DNA from: an uncultured Dialister sp.
Lineage (GTDB): Bacteria; Bacillota; Negativicutes; Veillonellales; Dialisteraceae
Length of the DNA stretch: 55,624 nucleotides
Assembly: GCA_900545785.1 (NCBI GenBank)
Contig: URAA01000001.1
Location: forward strand, 1-55,624
Direction of reading: 5' to 3'
Shown: positions 10,580 to 20,521 of the stretch, one piece after another
How positions within the stretch are numbered: the first letter of the stretch is position 1
How the letters are laid out: every line of letters begins with the position of its first letter
Translations under genes and position numbers: made by a program
The notes under the pieces: generated by a model
Told to the model about the DNA's origin: nothing
What the model saw: the letters and a program-made list of their open reading frames with translations, nothing else
The model's database searches: none

Positions 10580-10778
10580 AAAAAAAGCACCGTTTGCGGT
10601 GCAATTTCAATATTTGAAAGCTTGTGAACGCTTTATTTGTGAGAGGGGTGTGCCATGCGGATAACGGGGTATGTCTCCGCATGGCACGATTATCAGAATT
10701 CAGCATCTGTCGGGGAACATCAGCTGAGAAGAGGTAACAGGAACGACTTTCAATCTCATGACCGTCAGTCATTTCTGC
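10580..10778 (-). ncRNA. Candidate stand-alone structured small RNA (family not recognised)
   Basis: TATAAT at 10783-10788 (minus), several stems including a perfect 12-bp hairpin (10650-10687), and a terminator GCACCG-CAAA-CGGTGC-T7 at 10580-10602; no credible ORF. Confidence 0.55.
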
Positions 10779-10966
10779 TGTCATTATAGTAACAAATTTA
10801 AAAAAAGATTACAAGGGTTGATTATAAAAATTATATAACAAAATTATAAATAATGACTAAAGGTCAAATATGAGAAGTTTTATTGAATTTTGCAAAAACA
10901 TAGTATACATTATAAATTTCCCTGCATACAGTTTGTATATTTTATGTAAAAATCAATTATTTTCTG

Positions 10967-11839
10967 TTATTTATTCCCTGCCAAACATGCCTCTATACGG
11001 GTTATGCGCTTTGCTGTATCAGGGTGATCGGAAAACAGAGCGGCAAGGGGATTTTGTTTTTCCGAACGGTAAAAATAATCCAGCCGGATCAGTCCCGAAA
11101 GAAGTTCTCTTCCGAAACCGATATCACAGGCAAATTGATCCGCTTCATATTCATTCTGCCTGCTTCCGAACTGGGAAATCAGCCAAAGAGGCAGTTCCAA
11201 AAAGAAGCGGAGTGCGTAGTACTGGATGGTGATCATGAAAGCGAAGACGGACCAAATGAGGCCGATGATGGGAATAAAACGGATAAAGGCGGTAAAAATA
11301 ATAAAAAGATTATATACGGCGACGATGACATTTCCGAACCAGCCTATGCCGTACCGCAAAAGTCCCCAACGGGTATCACCGTTTTCCAAATGGCCCACTT
11401 CATGGGCAAGGATTCCTTTGACTTCTTCGGGAGGAAAATTATGAAGAAGCGCTCTTGTCACCGTGATATGGCCGCCGCCGATCGCCCAAGCGTTAAACAT
11501 TTCCGCGTCCGATACATAGAGGGAATAGGCGGAGCTGTCCAAGCCTGCTTTTTCACAAATATCATCCAAGATATTTCGCAAATACGCCTCTTCTTCTCCT
11601 TTTGCTTTCCTCCCTCCCCCTGCCCAGACGAAACGCTGCTGCATGAAATCCATGCCGGAAAAAACGGCGGGGACGATGATACAGATCAGGGTGTAGGAAA
11701 TCACTTTTTGCAAAAATTCATCTTCACCGAGGGGCGCTCCATAGAAAAAAGATTCCCCCAAAGATAGAATAAGTCCCCAGAAAGCGGCATCGACGATGAA
11801 ATTGACGATAAATGTCAAAAGAAGAATCAAAAATTCCAT
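10967..11839 (-). CDS. M48-family (HtpX-like) membrane zinc metalloprotease
   Basis: NAWA, GILAHEVGH (HExxH), EYEAD and HPDTAKRI motifs with TM helices. Confidence 0.9.
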   Translation of the reverse strand: MEFLILLLTFIVNFIVDAAFWGLILSLGESFFYGAPLGEDEFLQKVISYTLICIIVPAVFSGMDFMQQRFVWAGGGRKAKGEEEAYLRNILDDICEKAGLDSSAYSLYVSDAEMFNAWAIGGGHITVTRALLHNFPPEEVKGILAHEVGHLENGDTRWGLLRYGIGWFGNVIVAVYNLFIIFTAFIRFIPIIGLIWSVFAFMITIQYYALRFFLELPLWLISQFGSRQNEYEADQFACDIGFGRELLSGLIRLDYFYRSEKQNPLAALFSDHPDTAKRITRIEACLAGNK

Positions 11840-11976
11840 AAATATTCTCCTCTGTCATGCACAACAAGGCGGATTTCTTCCGTCTTTTGTCATGAAAATT
11901 TTCTTTTTCTGTCAGTAAGAAATCGGTCAATCTTTCTTCTTCGATTTTTTTCGATTCAGAATTTATTTTACCACAG

Positions 11977-12912
11977 TCACTTTCTATATGACAACCGCTG
12001 CCGTTTTTCTTTTGCCACCGCAATAAATCCCGAAAGAGGTTTCCAGTTCCGCAGCTCTCTCCGATAACCGAAGGAAATATCTTTTTTTGACCGCGCCAAA
12101 GGAATGATATGGAGATTTGTCAAATTTTCGGGACTCACATTTTTCTCCACCTGTACTTCCGGACAGAAAAGCGCTCCCGTTCCTGCGGTGCAAAGATCGA
12201 GGAGAAGTTCTAAATTATCGGAAGAGATGACGATCGGCGGCTCTATCGCCGCTTCCGCAAACAGACGTCTTGCCGTACGGCCCGGCACGGTTCCGCTTCC
12301 CGTGAGGAGAAAGGGCACATCTTTCAGCGGTGCCAGGCATCCTTCTTCCCTGCTTCTTATTTCGTCCAAAAGTTTTTCCTCCCCTTCTTTCGGAAATAAC
12401 CGTTTAGGAAGCAAAAGAACAATTTCTTCCCGATAAAATAATTCACGGGTCACCCCCGGCACATCTTCTTTGAAATAAGCGATGGTCAGATCGATATCGC
12501 CGTCGAGCAGTTTCTTCATGAGAGGCCTGTTGATTTCCTCCGTCAGTTCCACCCGTATCCCCGGATATTTTTCTCTGTAGGCGGAAAGGATCTCCGGCAG
12601 GATCGCATGTCCCCGGTTGGGAGAGATACCGAGGCGGAGAATTCCCGTATCATCGGAGGCGGCATCGGCTATTTCTTTTTTCATCACATCCGTTTTCTTT
12701 CGTAGGGAAAGGGCATTTTTATAAAACACTTTTCCTGCCCAAGTAAATTCCAAAGGGTTTTTACGGATCACAAGGAGACAGTTCATTTCCTTTTCCAGTT
12801 TGGAAATATGGGCAGACAAGGTCTGCTGTGTCACATGGAGCCGCTCCGATGCTTTGGTAAAACTTTTTTCCTGTACAAGAGCGATGAAGTAGTCAAGGCT
12901 TGTAAAATTCAT
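11977..12912 (-). CDS. LysR-family transcriptional regulator
   Basis: SFTKASERLHVTQQTLSAHISKLEKE HTH plus substrate-binding domain; divergent from the SLC13 permease. Confidence 0.93.
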   Translation of the reverse strand: MNFTSLDYFIALVQEKSFTKASERLHVTQQTLSAHISKLEKEMNCLLVIRKNPLEFTWAGKVFYKNALSLRKKTDVMKKEIADAASDDTGILRLGISPNRGHAILPEILSAYREKYPGIRVELTEEINRPLMKKLLDGDIDLTIAYFKEDVPGVTRELFYREEIVLLLPKRLFPKEGEEKLLDEIRSREEGCLAPLKDVPFLLTGSGTVPGRTARRLFAEAAIEPPIVISSDNLELLLDLCTAGTGALFCPEVQVEKNVSPENLTNLHIIPLARSKKDISFGYRRELRNWKPLSGFIAVAKEKRQRLSYRK

Positions 12913-12945
12913 AAATTCTCCTCATTTGGCAGGTGTAACAACCCG

Positions 12946-12962
12946 TACAATTTATATTTGTA
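12946..12962. promoter_or_regulatory. Probable LysR recognition site
   Basis: TACAA-N7-TTGTA palindrome in the divergent lysR/permease intergenic region. Confidence 0.45.
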
Positions 12963-13048
12963 TATTAAACAATTTATTACAGTTTTTCAACAAGATCCCC
13001 ATTGCCTATAATAGATAAAGTTCATCAAACAGGAAAAGAGGATTCGTC

Positions 13049-14458
13049 ATGACGAGACAGTATGTAAAGCTTTTTTCGGGGCCTTTGGGATTTTTAATCG
13101 CTTGGTTTATATTTTCCTCCTTTTTGGATACAAAAGGAGCGCTTGCGGTAAGCACCGCCGTGTGGATGGCGCTATGGTGGATTTTCCGCCCCGTTCACAT
13201 CGCCGTCACCTCTCTTTTGCCTATCGCCGTCAACGCTGCTTTTGATCTGATTCCGAACAGCCGCATCATTTCTCTCTATTTCACGGATATCGTCATCCTT
13301 CTTTTAGGAAGCGATCTTATTTCCATGGCATGGACCACGACGAAACTGGACAAAAGAATTTCTCTCCGCGCCCTCTGCCTCATAGGGACTTCCATGAAAC
13401 AGCAGATTTTCGTCTGGTTCGGCGCTTCCGTCGTTCTTTCCGCCTTTCTTCCCAACACGGTGGTGGCTTCCATATTCTGTCCCATTGCCATAGGGATGCT
13501 CAAATTCGTAGGAGAAAAGGATATCTCCCGCAGCCGGATCGCTGTTCCCATCCTTCTTGCCATCGGCTGGGGAAGCGGCATCGGCGGCCTCGGATCGCCC
13601 ATCGGAAGTCCTGCCAATCTGGTGGGCATCTCTTATCTGGAACAGCTGACGGGGACGGAATTTATGTATATCGGCTGGATATCCCGTTTCCTTCCCATCC
13701 TTATCGTCATTTTCATTGTCAATTTGCTGTTTCTTGTCAGCATGATTTCTTCTTTCAAAAATTTGCACGGCACAAAAGAAGAATTTCTGAAACAATACCG
13801 TGCTCTCGGCACTTTGCGGAAAGGGGAAAAAATTTGTCTCTATATCTTTATTCTTGCCGTCGTTCTCGCATTTCTCCGCCCCCTTTATGCGGATATCATG
13901 CCGGGAATGAAGCCTGCCTATGTATTCCTCATCATGGGCATGCTCATGTTCGTTCTGAAAAATGAAAAAGGAGAAGTTCTCCTCACTTGGAAATTTGCAG
14001 AAAGCCATGCCATGTGGGGAATCATGATCATGGCCTCTTCCGGCCTTGCCCTCGGGAAATTAATCACCGAAACGGGAGCGGTGGATCAGATGGCGCATAT
14101 GCTCTCCGCTCTTCATTTCACCGGCGGTTTTCTGACGATGCTCATCTTTTGTGCTTTCACCGCCTTCATGTCGGAAATGTCCAGCAATACCGGCGGTGCT
14201 TCCATCGGGATTCCTCTGATCATCTCCATCTGTACCGCCCTCCAAATCAATCCGATCCCTTACATTTTTGCCGCCATGTCCGCCTGCTCCTGTGCCTACA
14301 TTCTTCCCGTCACCACGAGAGCCATTCCCGTCGGCTTCGGTCTTGATGCAGGTATCCAGATGAAAGAAGGAGTCAAACTTTCCCTGATCACCATGGTCGT
14401 CAATGCCCTTCTGTGCTGGGCCGCCATGGAATATCTTCCCTTTTTCTCTTATATATAA
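13049..14458 (+). CDS. SLC13/DASS-family (di/tricarboxylate or anion) permease
   Basis: WMALWW, SAFLPNT, SPIGSPAN and SEMSSNT motifs typical of DASS transporters. Confidence 0.85.
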   Translation: MTRQYVKLFSGPLGFLIAWFIFSSFLDTKGALAVSTAVWMALWWIFRPVHIAVTSLLPIAVNAAFDLIPNSRIISLYFTDIVILLLGSDLISMAWTTTKLDKRISLRALCLIGTSMKQQIFVWFGASVVLSAFLPNTVVASIFCPIAIGMLKFVGEKDISRSRIAVPILLAIGWGSGIGGLGSPIGSPANLVGISYLEQLTGTEFMYIGWISRFLPILIVIFIVNLLFLVSMISSFKNLHGTKEEFLKQYRALGTLRKGEKICLYIFILAVVLAFLRPLYADIMPGMKPAYVFLIMGMLMFVLKNEKGEVLLTWKFAESHAMWGIMIMASSGLALGKLITETGAVDQMAHMLSALHFTGGFLTMLIFCAFTAFMSEMSSNTGGASIGIPLIISICTALQINPIPYIFAAMSACSCAYILPVTTRAIPVGFGLDAGIQMKEGVKLSLITMVVNALLCWAAMEYLPFFSYI

Positions 14459-14635
14459 AGAAATCTGTAAATTCTCCCTCCATGAACCGAACCGTCTCCC
14501 TAAATACGGGCAAAACCTGATGTCACGACGGCGGTTCTTTTTTTATTATTCCATTATTTTTAAATCTACAGGAAAAATTTTTCATAAAAACTTCGATATT
14601 TCTTTTTCCTATGCAGATTTTCAAGATCTTTTGAA

Positions 14636-14666
14636 TTGTCAACCTCTTTTATTTTAAAGTTGACGT
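14636..14666. promoter_or_regulatory. BirA operator upstream of bioY
   Basis: TTGTCAAC-N15-GTTGACGT overlapping a TTGACG/TATACT promoter. Confidence 0.72.
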
Positions 14667-14715
14667 TATGGAAAAAATTCGTTATACTTCTATAAAATAA
14701 AAAAGGAGAACTTTT

Positions 14716-15243
14716 ATGCAAAATAAAACTGTAAAAATGCAGGTCATGGCAGCTCTTTTTGCTGCAGTCTGCGCCGTTCTGGCACAAATCACCATTCCCA
14801 TCCAGCCCGTCCCCATCACTTTGGGATCCATGGGCGTATTCATGGCAGGGGGATTCCTCGGAAAACGTTACGGCTTTTTGGCACTCGTCATTTACCTGCT
14901 TCTCGGCGCGGCAGGACTTCCCGTCTTTTCCATGCTCCGCGGCGGCCTCCAAGTCTTTGCCGGTCCTTCTGCAGGTTTCATTATCGGCTATGCTCCCATG
15001 GCTTTTGTCATCGGCTGGTTTGCCGAAAAATTCGGCTACAAATTTTTTAACATGGTGATTGCCATTTTCCTCGGAAATATCATCTGCTACGCTCTCGGCA
15101 TCATCTGGTTCATGTACCTCACCCACACGGGCTTCTGGGCTTCCCTTGCGGTATGCGTGTACCCCTTCATTCCCGGGGATATTTTGAAAATCATTACCGC
15201 CGCATTCTTGGTGAGCCGCTACAAAAAAGCACTTTTGGGATAA
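14716..15243 (+). CDS. bioY: Biotin ECF transporter S component
   Basis: PVPITL, YLLLGAAGLPVFS, GPSAGFIIG and PFIPGDILK motifs. Confidence 0.94.
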   Translation: MQNKTVKMQVMAALFAAVCAVLAQITIPIQPVPITLGSMGVFMAGGFLGKRYGFLALVIYLLLGAAGLPVFSMLRGGLQVFAGPSAGFIIGYAPMAFVIGWFAEKFGYKFFNMVIAIFLGNIICYALGIIWFMYLTHTGFWASLAVCVYPFIPGDILKIITAAFLVSRYKKALLG

Positions 15244-15245
15244 TC

Positions 15246-15278
15246 AAAAAAAAGATTCCTTTCGGGGAATCCTTTTTT
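15246..15278. terminator. Bidirectional intrinsic terminator
   Basis: A8-GATTCC/GGAATC-C-T6 between the convergent bioY and msrA. Confidence 0.7.
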
Positions 15279-15289
15279 ATTGCACAAAT

Positions 15290-15769
15290 TTATTTTCTAT
15301 ATTTATTTAAAATATCTCGGGGAATACTGCAAAGATACTCGTCTTCGGGAAAACGCTCCAAATGATTCTGATGCTCTTCCCTGCTTTTCACGTATCTCGT
15401 AAGAGGCAGCACTTCCACTTTGATTTTCTCCCTGTCGGGCCGTCCTTCAATGAAAGCTTTTGCCTTTTCCAGAAGTTCCTCTTTCCTGCTGTATACACCT
15501 GTTCTGTATTTTAAGCCTTTGTCCCGTCCCTGTCTGTTAACGCTGTAAGGATCGATGATTTCAAAAAAGAAATTCATCAGCTTTTGCACGGTCACCGCCG
15601 TATCATCAAAAACCACCTTCACGCATTCCGCATATCCGTCATAAGGGCCGTCCAAAGAATCGGTCTTGCCGTTTGCCCGTCCTGCTTCCGTCGCTTTCAC
15701 ACCGGGAAGGTTTTTCATGAAATATTCCACGCCCCAGAGACATCCGCCGGCAAAGTAAATCGTTTCCAT
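15290..15769 (-). CDS. msrA: Peptide-methionine (S)-S-oxide reductase
   Basis: IYFAGGCLWG, DPYSVNRQG, YRTGVY and EEHQ; ATG at 15769 after a GGAGG RBS. Confidence 0.9.
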   Translation of the reverse strand: METIYFAGGCLWGVEYFMKNLPGVKATEAGRANGKTDSLDGPYDGYAECVKVVFDDTAVTVQKLMNFFFEIIDPYSVNRQGRDKGLKYRTGVYSRKEELLEKAKAFIEGRPDREKIKVEVLPLTRYVKSREEHQNHLERFPEDEYLCSIPRDILNKYRK

Positions 15770-15994
15770 TTCTCCTCCATAGTCAACTTGCATCCATGAA
15801 TAAATTGACAATATGATTATATCCTTTTTCTTATTTTATGGCAATCACCGTTTTTGATAAAAAAGATCTTCCCGTCACCAAAGACTGTATATTTTACCAT
15901 TGCCGATTTTCCCATCATCCTCAGCCTTGCAGACGGATACAAATTTCAGGAAAAACAAAAAGCACTCTTGAAATTTCAAAAGTGCCGTTCATTC

Positions 15995-16071
15995 TGGTGC
16001 GCCCAAGAGGATTTGAACCTCCGACACACGGTTTAGGAAACCGCTGCTCTATCCAGCTGAGCTATGGACGC
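15995..16071 (-). tRNA. tRNA-Arg (anticodon CCT)
   Basis: GCGTCCATAGCTCAGCTGGATAGAGCAGCGGTTTCCTAAACCGTGTGTCGGAGGTTCAAATCCTCTTGGGCGCACCA: cloverleaf, TTC loop and encoded CCA. Confidence 0.97.
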
Positions 16072-16624
16072 TTATGAAATTTATTTTAGCATATTTAAAA
16101 AGTAAAAGGAATTGACGGAAGGAGCCGCGAGAAAGCAGGCAAGAAAGGAAGATTCCGTCCTTTTTTCCGAAAAGGTATCTTCGGATATCAAATCATCAAA
16201 CCGTCACGCAAGGAGATTACCATACATCACAAAAACATACATATCTACTGCACACTTGTTAGTAAAATCAGTCACTTTTCCGGTTCCCTAACAAATTCCC
16301 TCAATTCTTTCTCTCTACTGATTATTTCTGTAATTTGAAGCATGAGTATCTGAATCTGCCCGTTTAATGTTCACTTTGACATAAGTAACCCCCTCTTATT
16401 ACTTCCATTTTTACTTTTCTATCCGGAAAATTCTTAAATTTACTCTCGGAACTGATTATAATATTCACATAATCTTTATCATTACTTTCTTCTATCCGGC
16501 GACTTTATCTTTTGTAATTTCGGCAATTCCGGTTTAATTAATAATCTTTTACAATATTTTATTATCTTACCACATTTTGTTAAGTAAACGATTGTTCGAT
16601 ATTATGTTCCTTCATATACCTGCC

Positions 16625-17014
16625 TTATTGAAGAAAGTATGATTTCAGAAGCATTCGTTGTCGTTCGGATTCCTTTTTTTCATCATATAATATGTACAAC
16701 AGAAATGCGGCACGGGAAATACTTACATAATTCAGCAATCGATCCTCTTCTCTTTCAAATCCGTCCACATCAATAAAAATTACAACCGGCGACTCCAATC
16801 CTTTAAATCCGGAAACAGTAGAAAATCTGATTTTATCATAACAAGGGACAACTGATCCTCGAACCGATTCTAATTCTCCGCATTCAGATAAAATTCTTTT
16901 CGCAAAAAAGCAATTTCTCGGATTTGTTAGTTTATATTTAGAAAGAATAACAATATCTTTTTTTTGCACACCTGCATCAAATAATTCCTTCAGGATAGTT
17001 TTAATGATGTTCAA
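16625..17014 (-). pseudogene. C-terminal fragment of an SF1 (UvrD-like) helicase
   Basis: DIVILS, STVSGFKGLESPVV (motif V) and YVSISRA (motif VI) present, but no Walker A/B and no open upstream frame. Confidence 0.75.
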
Positions 17015-17271
17015 TTCATCAAATTAAGACTTAAATGCTTTGCTTGCTAGGATATATGCAAGCATAATTTCGTTATTTTTTTATACTTGCGGAGTACCTG
17101 TTTACACCAATTTATAACGCAAGTAATATAAGCCTCCACGCTATTCAAAAAATTTTCGAGAAATACTTTAGTAATCCGAATAATTAATCACTAACGACTT
17201 CAATCTTTATAAACCTCTACCTATAATGAAGTTTATATAAATGATAACTCCCTTTTATTTTTTATTCTCTG

Positions 17272-17910
17272 TTACTTGAAGGGACTAAAACATCCCGGGA
17301 ACATCTTCGGTGATAAATTATGTTCTTTTAAAATACGCTCTGCTTGTAGTATCGTTAAATTATTATATCGTAAAAAGAAATCATCAGATGCAAAATTTAT
17401 AAAAGTATCGGTCCAATAATACAATGCTAAACATAACACGCTAACTGTTTTTATTTTAATATTTAAAACACTATCAATATCGGAGATTACGTTCCAATAA
17501 TCAGTTCGCTTATTTGGTAAATCCCAACAAATTACCAGCGGAACAACTTCAAGCTCCCCAATATTCCCTCTACTCATCAATACCGCATAATCATCTAATA
17601 AGTTTCTAGGTGCATCCAAAATCTCTGTAGACGGAATTTCAATCTCTACAACAGCCTTATATTTATCAAAAGTTATTAAAGCATCAAACCGCTCGCTATT
17701 ATCACCTTTTCTTGGAAAATATATTTCTCCCCCAAGTTTCGTTAATAATGTAGATAATAACTCACGTTCTCTTTGATAGTTTAGCTTTATATCACTCAAA
17801 CTATTCTTTAACCTAAGCATTTTAACGACCAACGGCAAGTCATTATCAAGAAGTTCTAATATATAAGACCGTTCTTGCATATATTCTTCTTTACTCTCAA
17901 ACACCTTCAA
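17272..17910 (-). CDS. Putative restriction endonuclease small (catalytic-only) subunit
   Basis: Aligns by eye with the C-terminal PD-(D/E)xK domain of the upstream 563-aa ORF (RFDALI..VEIE; LPNKRTD); overlaps it by 14 nt. Confidence 0.72.
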   Translation of the reverse strand: MKVFESKEEYMQERSYILELLDNDLPLVVKMLRLKNSLSDIKLNYQRERELLSTLLTKLGGEIYFPRKGDNSERFDALITFDKYKAVVEIEIPSTEILDAPRNLLDDYAVLMSRGNIGELEVVPLVICWDLPNKRTDYWNVISDIDSVLNIKIKTVSVLCLALYYWTDTFINFASDDFFLRYNNLTILQAERILKEHNLSPKMFPGCFSPFK

Positions 17911-19588
17911 ATTTAATCACCCCCCGATGTCCCTTAAATTCTGATAATTCATAAGATATGTCATTTTTAGCACAATAAAAAGCCGCCTTAATAAGAGTTT
18001 CTATATCTAAAATTGAAATATTAATTTTATACGTTTCATAGATTTCCATTATCAGTTTATACACATCAGACCTTTTATTAGGCACCTTAAATCCACAAGC
18101 AAAGGAGCTCACATCATAAGTTGTAGTATATGGTTTACGTGCTAATAATATAACTTTATTCTCCAAAGCTTGTCTAATAGCCTTAACAGATAACATTTCT
18201 TCTTCGGTTGGAGATTTCACTTCAACAGGTATCGAGTACTGGTCATCTGGAATAATAACATCATAACGCATATTATTATTTCCGGCAGACGGTGCATAAG
18301 CATCTCGCTCAAAAACAAATCCTAATAAATCAGCTACCAAAGGGTAGAAATCTGATTGTTTCATAATTTTTATTTCAGATAAAAATGTCGCCACCGCACC
18401 ATCTAAATTATCTGCCACATTCGAAATTCTAAGTAACAACATTTCTTTTATACGTTCGTCTTTAGACAATTCAGTGTCTTTAGCCTCAACTATCGTATCA
18501 GGAGTAACTACTTCAGATCTCTCTTCAGTTAATATTTCCACAAGTTCATGCTTTCGACTCGTTTCCAAAGTATACTGTGGTAATATTTCTTTTAATTCAC
18601 TTCCGGAAAAGAATTGATATGGTGAAAATAAAATACCAGAATATCCTTTATCTGTGCAAATATCCTTAATCAAATCTTCATATTCCTTCAGCTCATTATC
18701 TACATCAAGATTTGCCCTTTTAAACATATATAACAAGGATAACTCGACTAACTTCACATCTTCAGCGCTTTCGATATCAATGGATTCACCCCTAATATTA
18801 ATAGAACTGCCAATTACATCCGCAACTAACTGTCCCTTTTCGGTCAAAACTAAAAACACGCTATTAGAACCATATATATTTCTATTTTCCTTTTTAAACC
18901 AGCCTGCAAAACACAATGATGACATTACAAATCTTGTTAGATTTCTAACAGAATTAGGTTTCATTCCATTTTCTTCAGCTAGTTGTTCTATTGCTTCATC
19001 CAACGCCTCCATGCTTTGCGTTACTCTTATAGCTTTAATAAAATTAATTCGCTCTTCTTGTTCCTCAGAAGAATAACCATCATTGAGATTCATGGGACCT
19101 AATAAAATTTCATCACGATTAATTATTCCATCTAATCGATGCGCAAAATTAATCATGTTCACAAATGGCTTGTTAATATCTCTAAATTTAACATCCAATA
19201 TATGATTAGGATACTCTATGCCTAATAAGCATTGCTCAAATAATGATTTAGACGCTTTATCTACTAACGCTATATGCATTCCTAAAAAAGTAAAATTAAA
19301 GCGTAGTGCCGTCTCTGCCGATGTTATCCAACCAAGAGCTCTAAATAACTCCGCATAACTTTTGGCTTGCATTTTCATTGATTTTCTAGAATCATCTTTA
19401 ATCTGATAAGAGCGTCTTAATGCTTCATCTCCAGTATAGCCCGACGAACTTGCTAACAATTCCCTTGCATAAAACTCTGCAATATTATCCAAATCGAAAT
19501 AATCCATATCAGAAAATTCTTCATACATTTTTTTGAAGTTTTCAATAAGTATGCCCATATTTGAAATAGGATTTCTAAATCGTATCAT
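17897..19588 (-). CDS. Putative Type IIS/IIT restriction endonuclease large subunit
   Basis: Long N-terminal putative recognition region plus C-terminal RYDVII...PVEVK PD-(D/E)xK motif; downstream of two DNA MTases. Confidence 0.78.
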   Translation of the reverse strand: MIRFRNPISNMGILIENFKKMYEEFSDMDYFDLDNIAEFYARELLASSSGYTGDEALRRSYQIKDDSRKSMKMQAKSYAELFRALGWITSAETALRFNFTFLGMHIALVDKASKSLFEQCLLGIEYPNHILDVKFRDINKPFVNMINFAHRLDGIINRDEILLGPMNLNDGYSSEEQEERINFIKAIRVTQSMEALDEAIEQLAEENGMKPNSVRNLTRFVMSSLCFAGWFKKENRNIYGSNSVFLVLTEKGQLVADVIGSSINIRGESIDIESAEDVKLVELSLLYMFKRANLDVDNELKEYEDLIKDICTDKGYSGILFSPYQFFSGSELKEILPQYTLETSRKHELVEILTEERSEVVTPDTIVEAKDTELSKDERIKEMLLLRISNVADNLDGAVATFLSEIKIMKQSDFYPLVADLLGFVFERDAYAPSAGNNNMRYDVIIPDDQYSIPVEVKSPTEEEMLSVKAIRQALENKVILLARKPYTTTYDVSSFACGFKVPNKRSDVYKLIMEIYETYKINISILDIETLIKAAFYCAKNDISYELSEFKGHRGVIKFEGV

Positions 19589-19699
19589 GTCTTACAACTC
19601 CCCACACGCTCGAATGACTATAATTATATTAAGGCATCGATACATTTGTAAAAAATTGATTTACCTATACTTAAATTATAAACCAATTTAGTATTAATT

Positions 19700-20521
19700 T
19701 TAATCCTGTTTATTATTTTTCAATCTTTCGTTAGCAATGTCACACCATTTGGATTCCAATTCAATACCTAACCACTTGATATTATGTCCTTGTTTATTAA
19801 GTTTCTCACAACATACTCCCAGTGTCCCCGAGCCATGGAAAGGATCTAAAATAGTTCCTTCATATTTTCCTAAAGAGTTTTTTGGACAAAAAGCTTTTAT
19901 AAGCTCCATTATAAGTGATTCCGGCTTTTGAGTGGGATGCGCTGTCCGTTCACTTTGATAAGCTTTCCCTGCCAAAGTTGGAAATGACCATACATCTCCC
20001 CGCATAGCTCCATTAGGATTAGGAGTCCATATCTTTCTCTCTCCATTTTTACCTTTATAATACACTGGATTTTTTAACCTCTCAGTACTTTTATATGGAA
20101 CTCTTACATCATCAACATTATATGTCCATTTTGTTTTCGACTTAGAAAACCACAAAAAAGGTTCATACTGAGTTAGAGGAGATTTTGAGGTTCTCGAAAA
20201 GCCATTTTCATAATACCAAATATTCATCCTACGATAATGAAGCCCTATATTATACATTATAACCTGAATAAAGCCGATATAATGATGAATTCCAAACCAC
20301 AAAATACTGCCATCACTCTTTAATAGCTCTTTACATAGCAGCAAACGTTCCCTAGTAATATTTAAAAATTCATCCAACTCCAGCATATCACTTTTATTTC
20401 CAAAATCTTTATTAAGATTATATGGTGGATCAGTACATACTAAATCAAATTTCAATCCTTTTTTTACAAATTCTTTTAATATAATATCACTGTCACCATT
20501 AATTACACGATTATATTCCAT
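19700..20521 (-). CDS. Beta-class amino DNA methyltransferase (m6A or m4C)
   Basis: DPPY (motif IV) precedes HPTQKP and DPFHGSGT (motif I). Confidence 0.93.
   Translation of the reverse strand: MEYNRVINGDSDIILKEFVKKGLKFDLVCTDPPYNLNKDFGNKSDMLELDEFLNITRERLLLCKELLKSDGSILWFGIHHYIGFIQVIMYNIGLHYRRMNIWYYENGFSRTSKSPLTQYEPFLWFSKSKTKWTYNVDDVRVPYKSTERLKNPVYYKGKNGERKIWTPNPNGAMRGDVWSFPTLAGKAYQSERTAHPTQKPESLIMELIKAFCPKNSLGKYEGTILDPFHGSGTLGVCCEKLNKQGHNIKWLGIELESKWCDIANERLKNNKQD

Noticed and set aside
9723..10664. 313-aa plus-strand ORF spanning thyA
   Set aside because: Antisense shadow of thyA with no RBS or recognisable domain
10521..10784. 87-aa minus-strand ORF upstream of thyA
   Set aside because: Its ATG lies inside the -10 box, it has no RBS and it runs through a terminator; better explained as a structured RNA
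10580..10790. THF or ZTP riboswitch controlling thyA-folA
   Set aside because: Conserved aptamer motifs not found by eye, and thyA seems to have its own promoter downstream of the terminator
15995..16071. tRNA-Arg as the attB site of the island
   Set aside because: The island is on the 5' side of the tRNA and I found no duplicated tRNA segment at the far boundary
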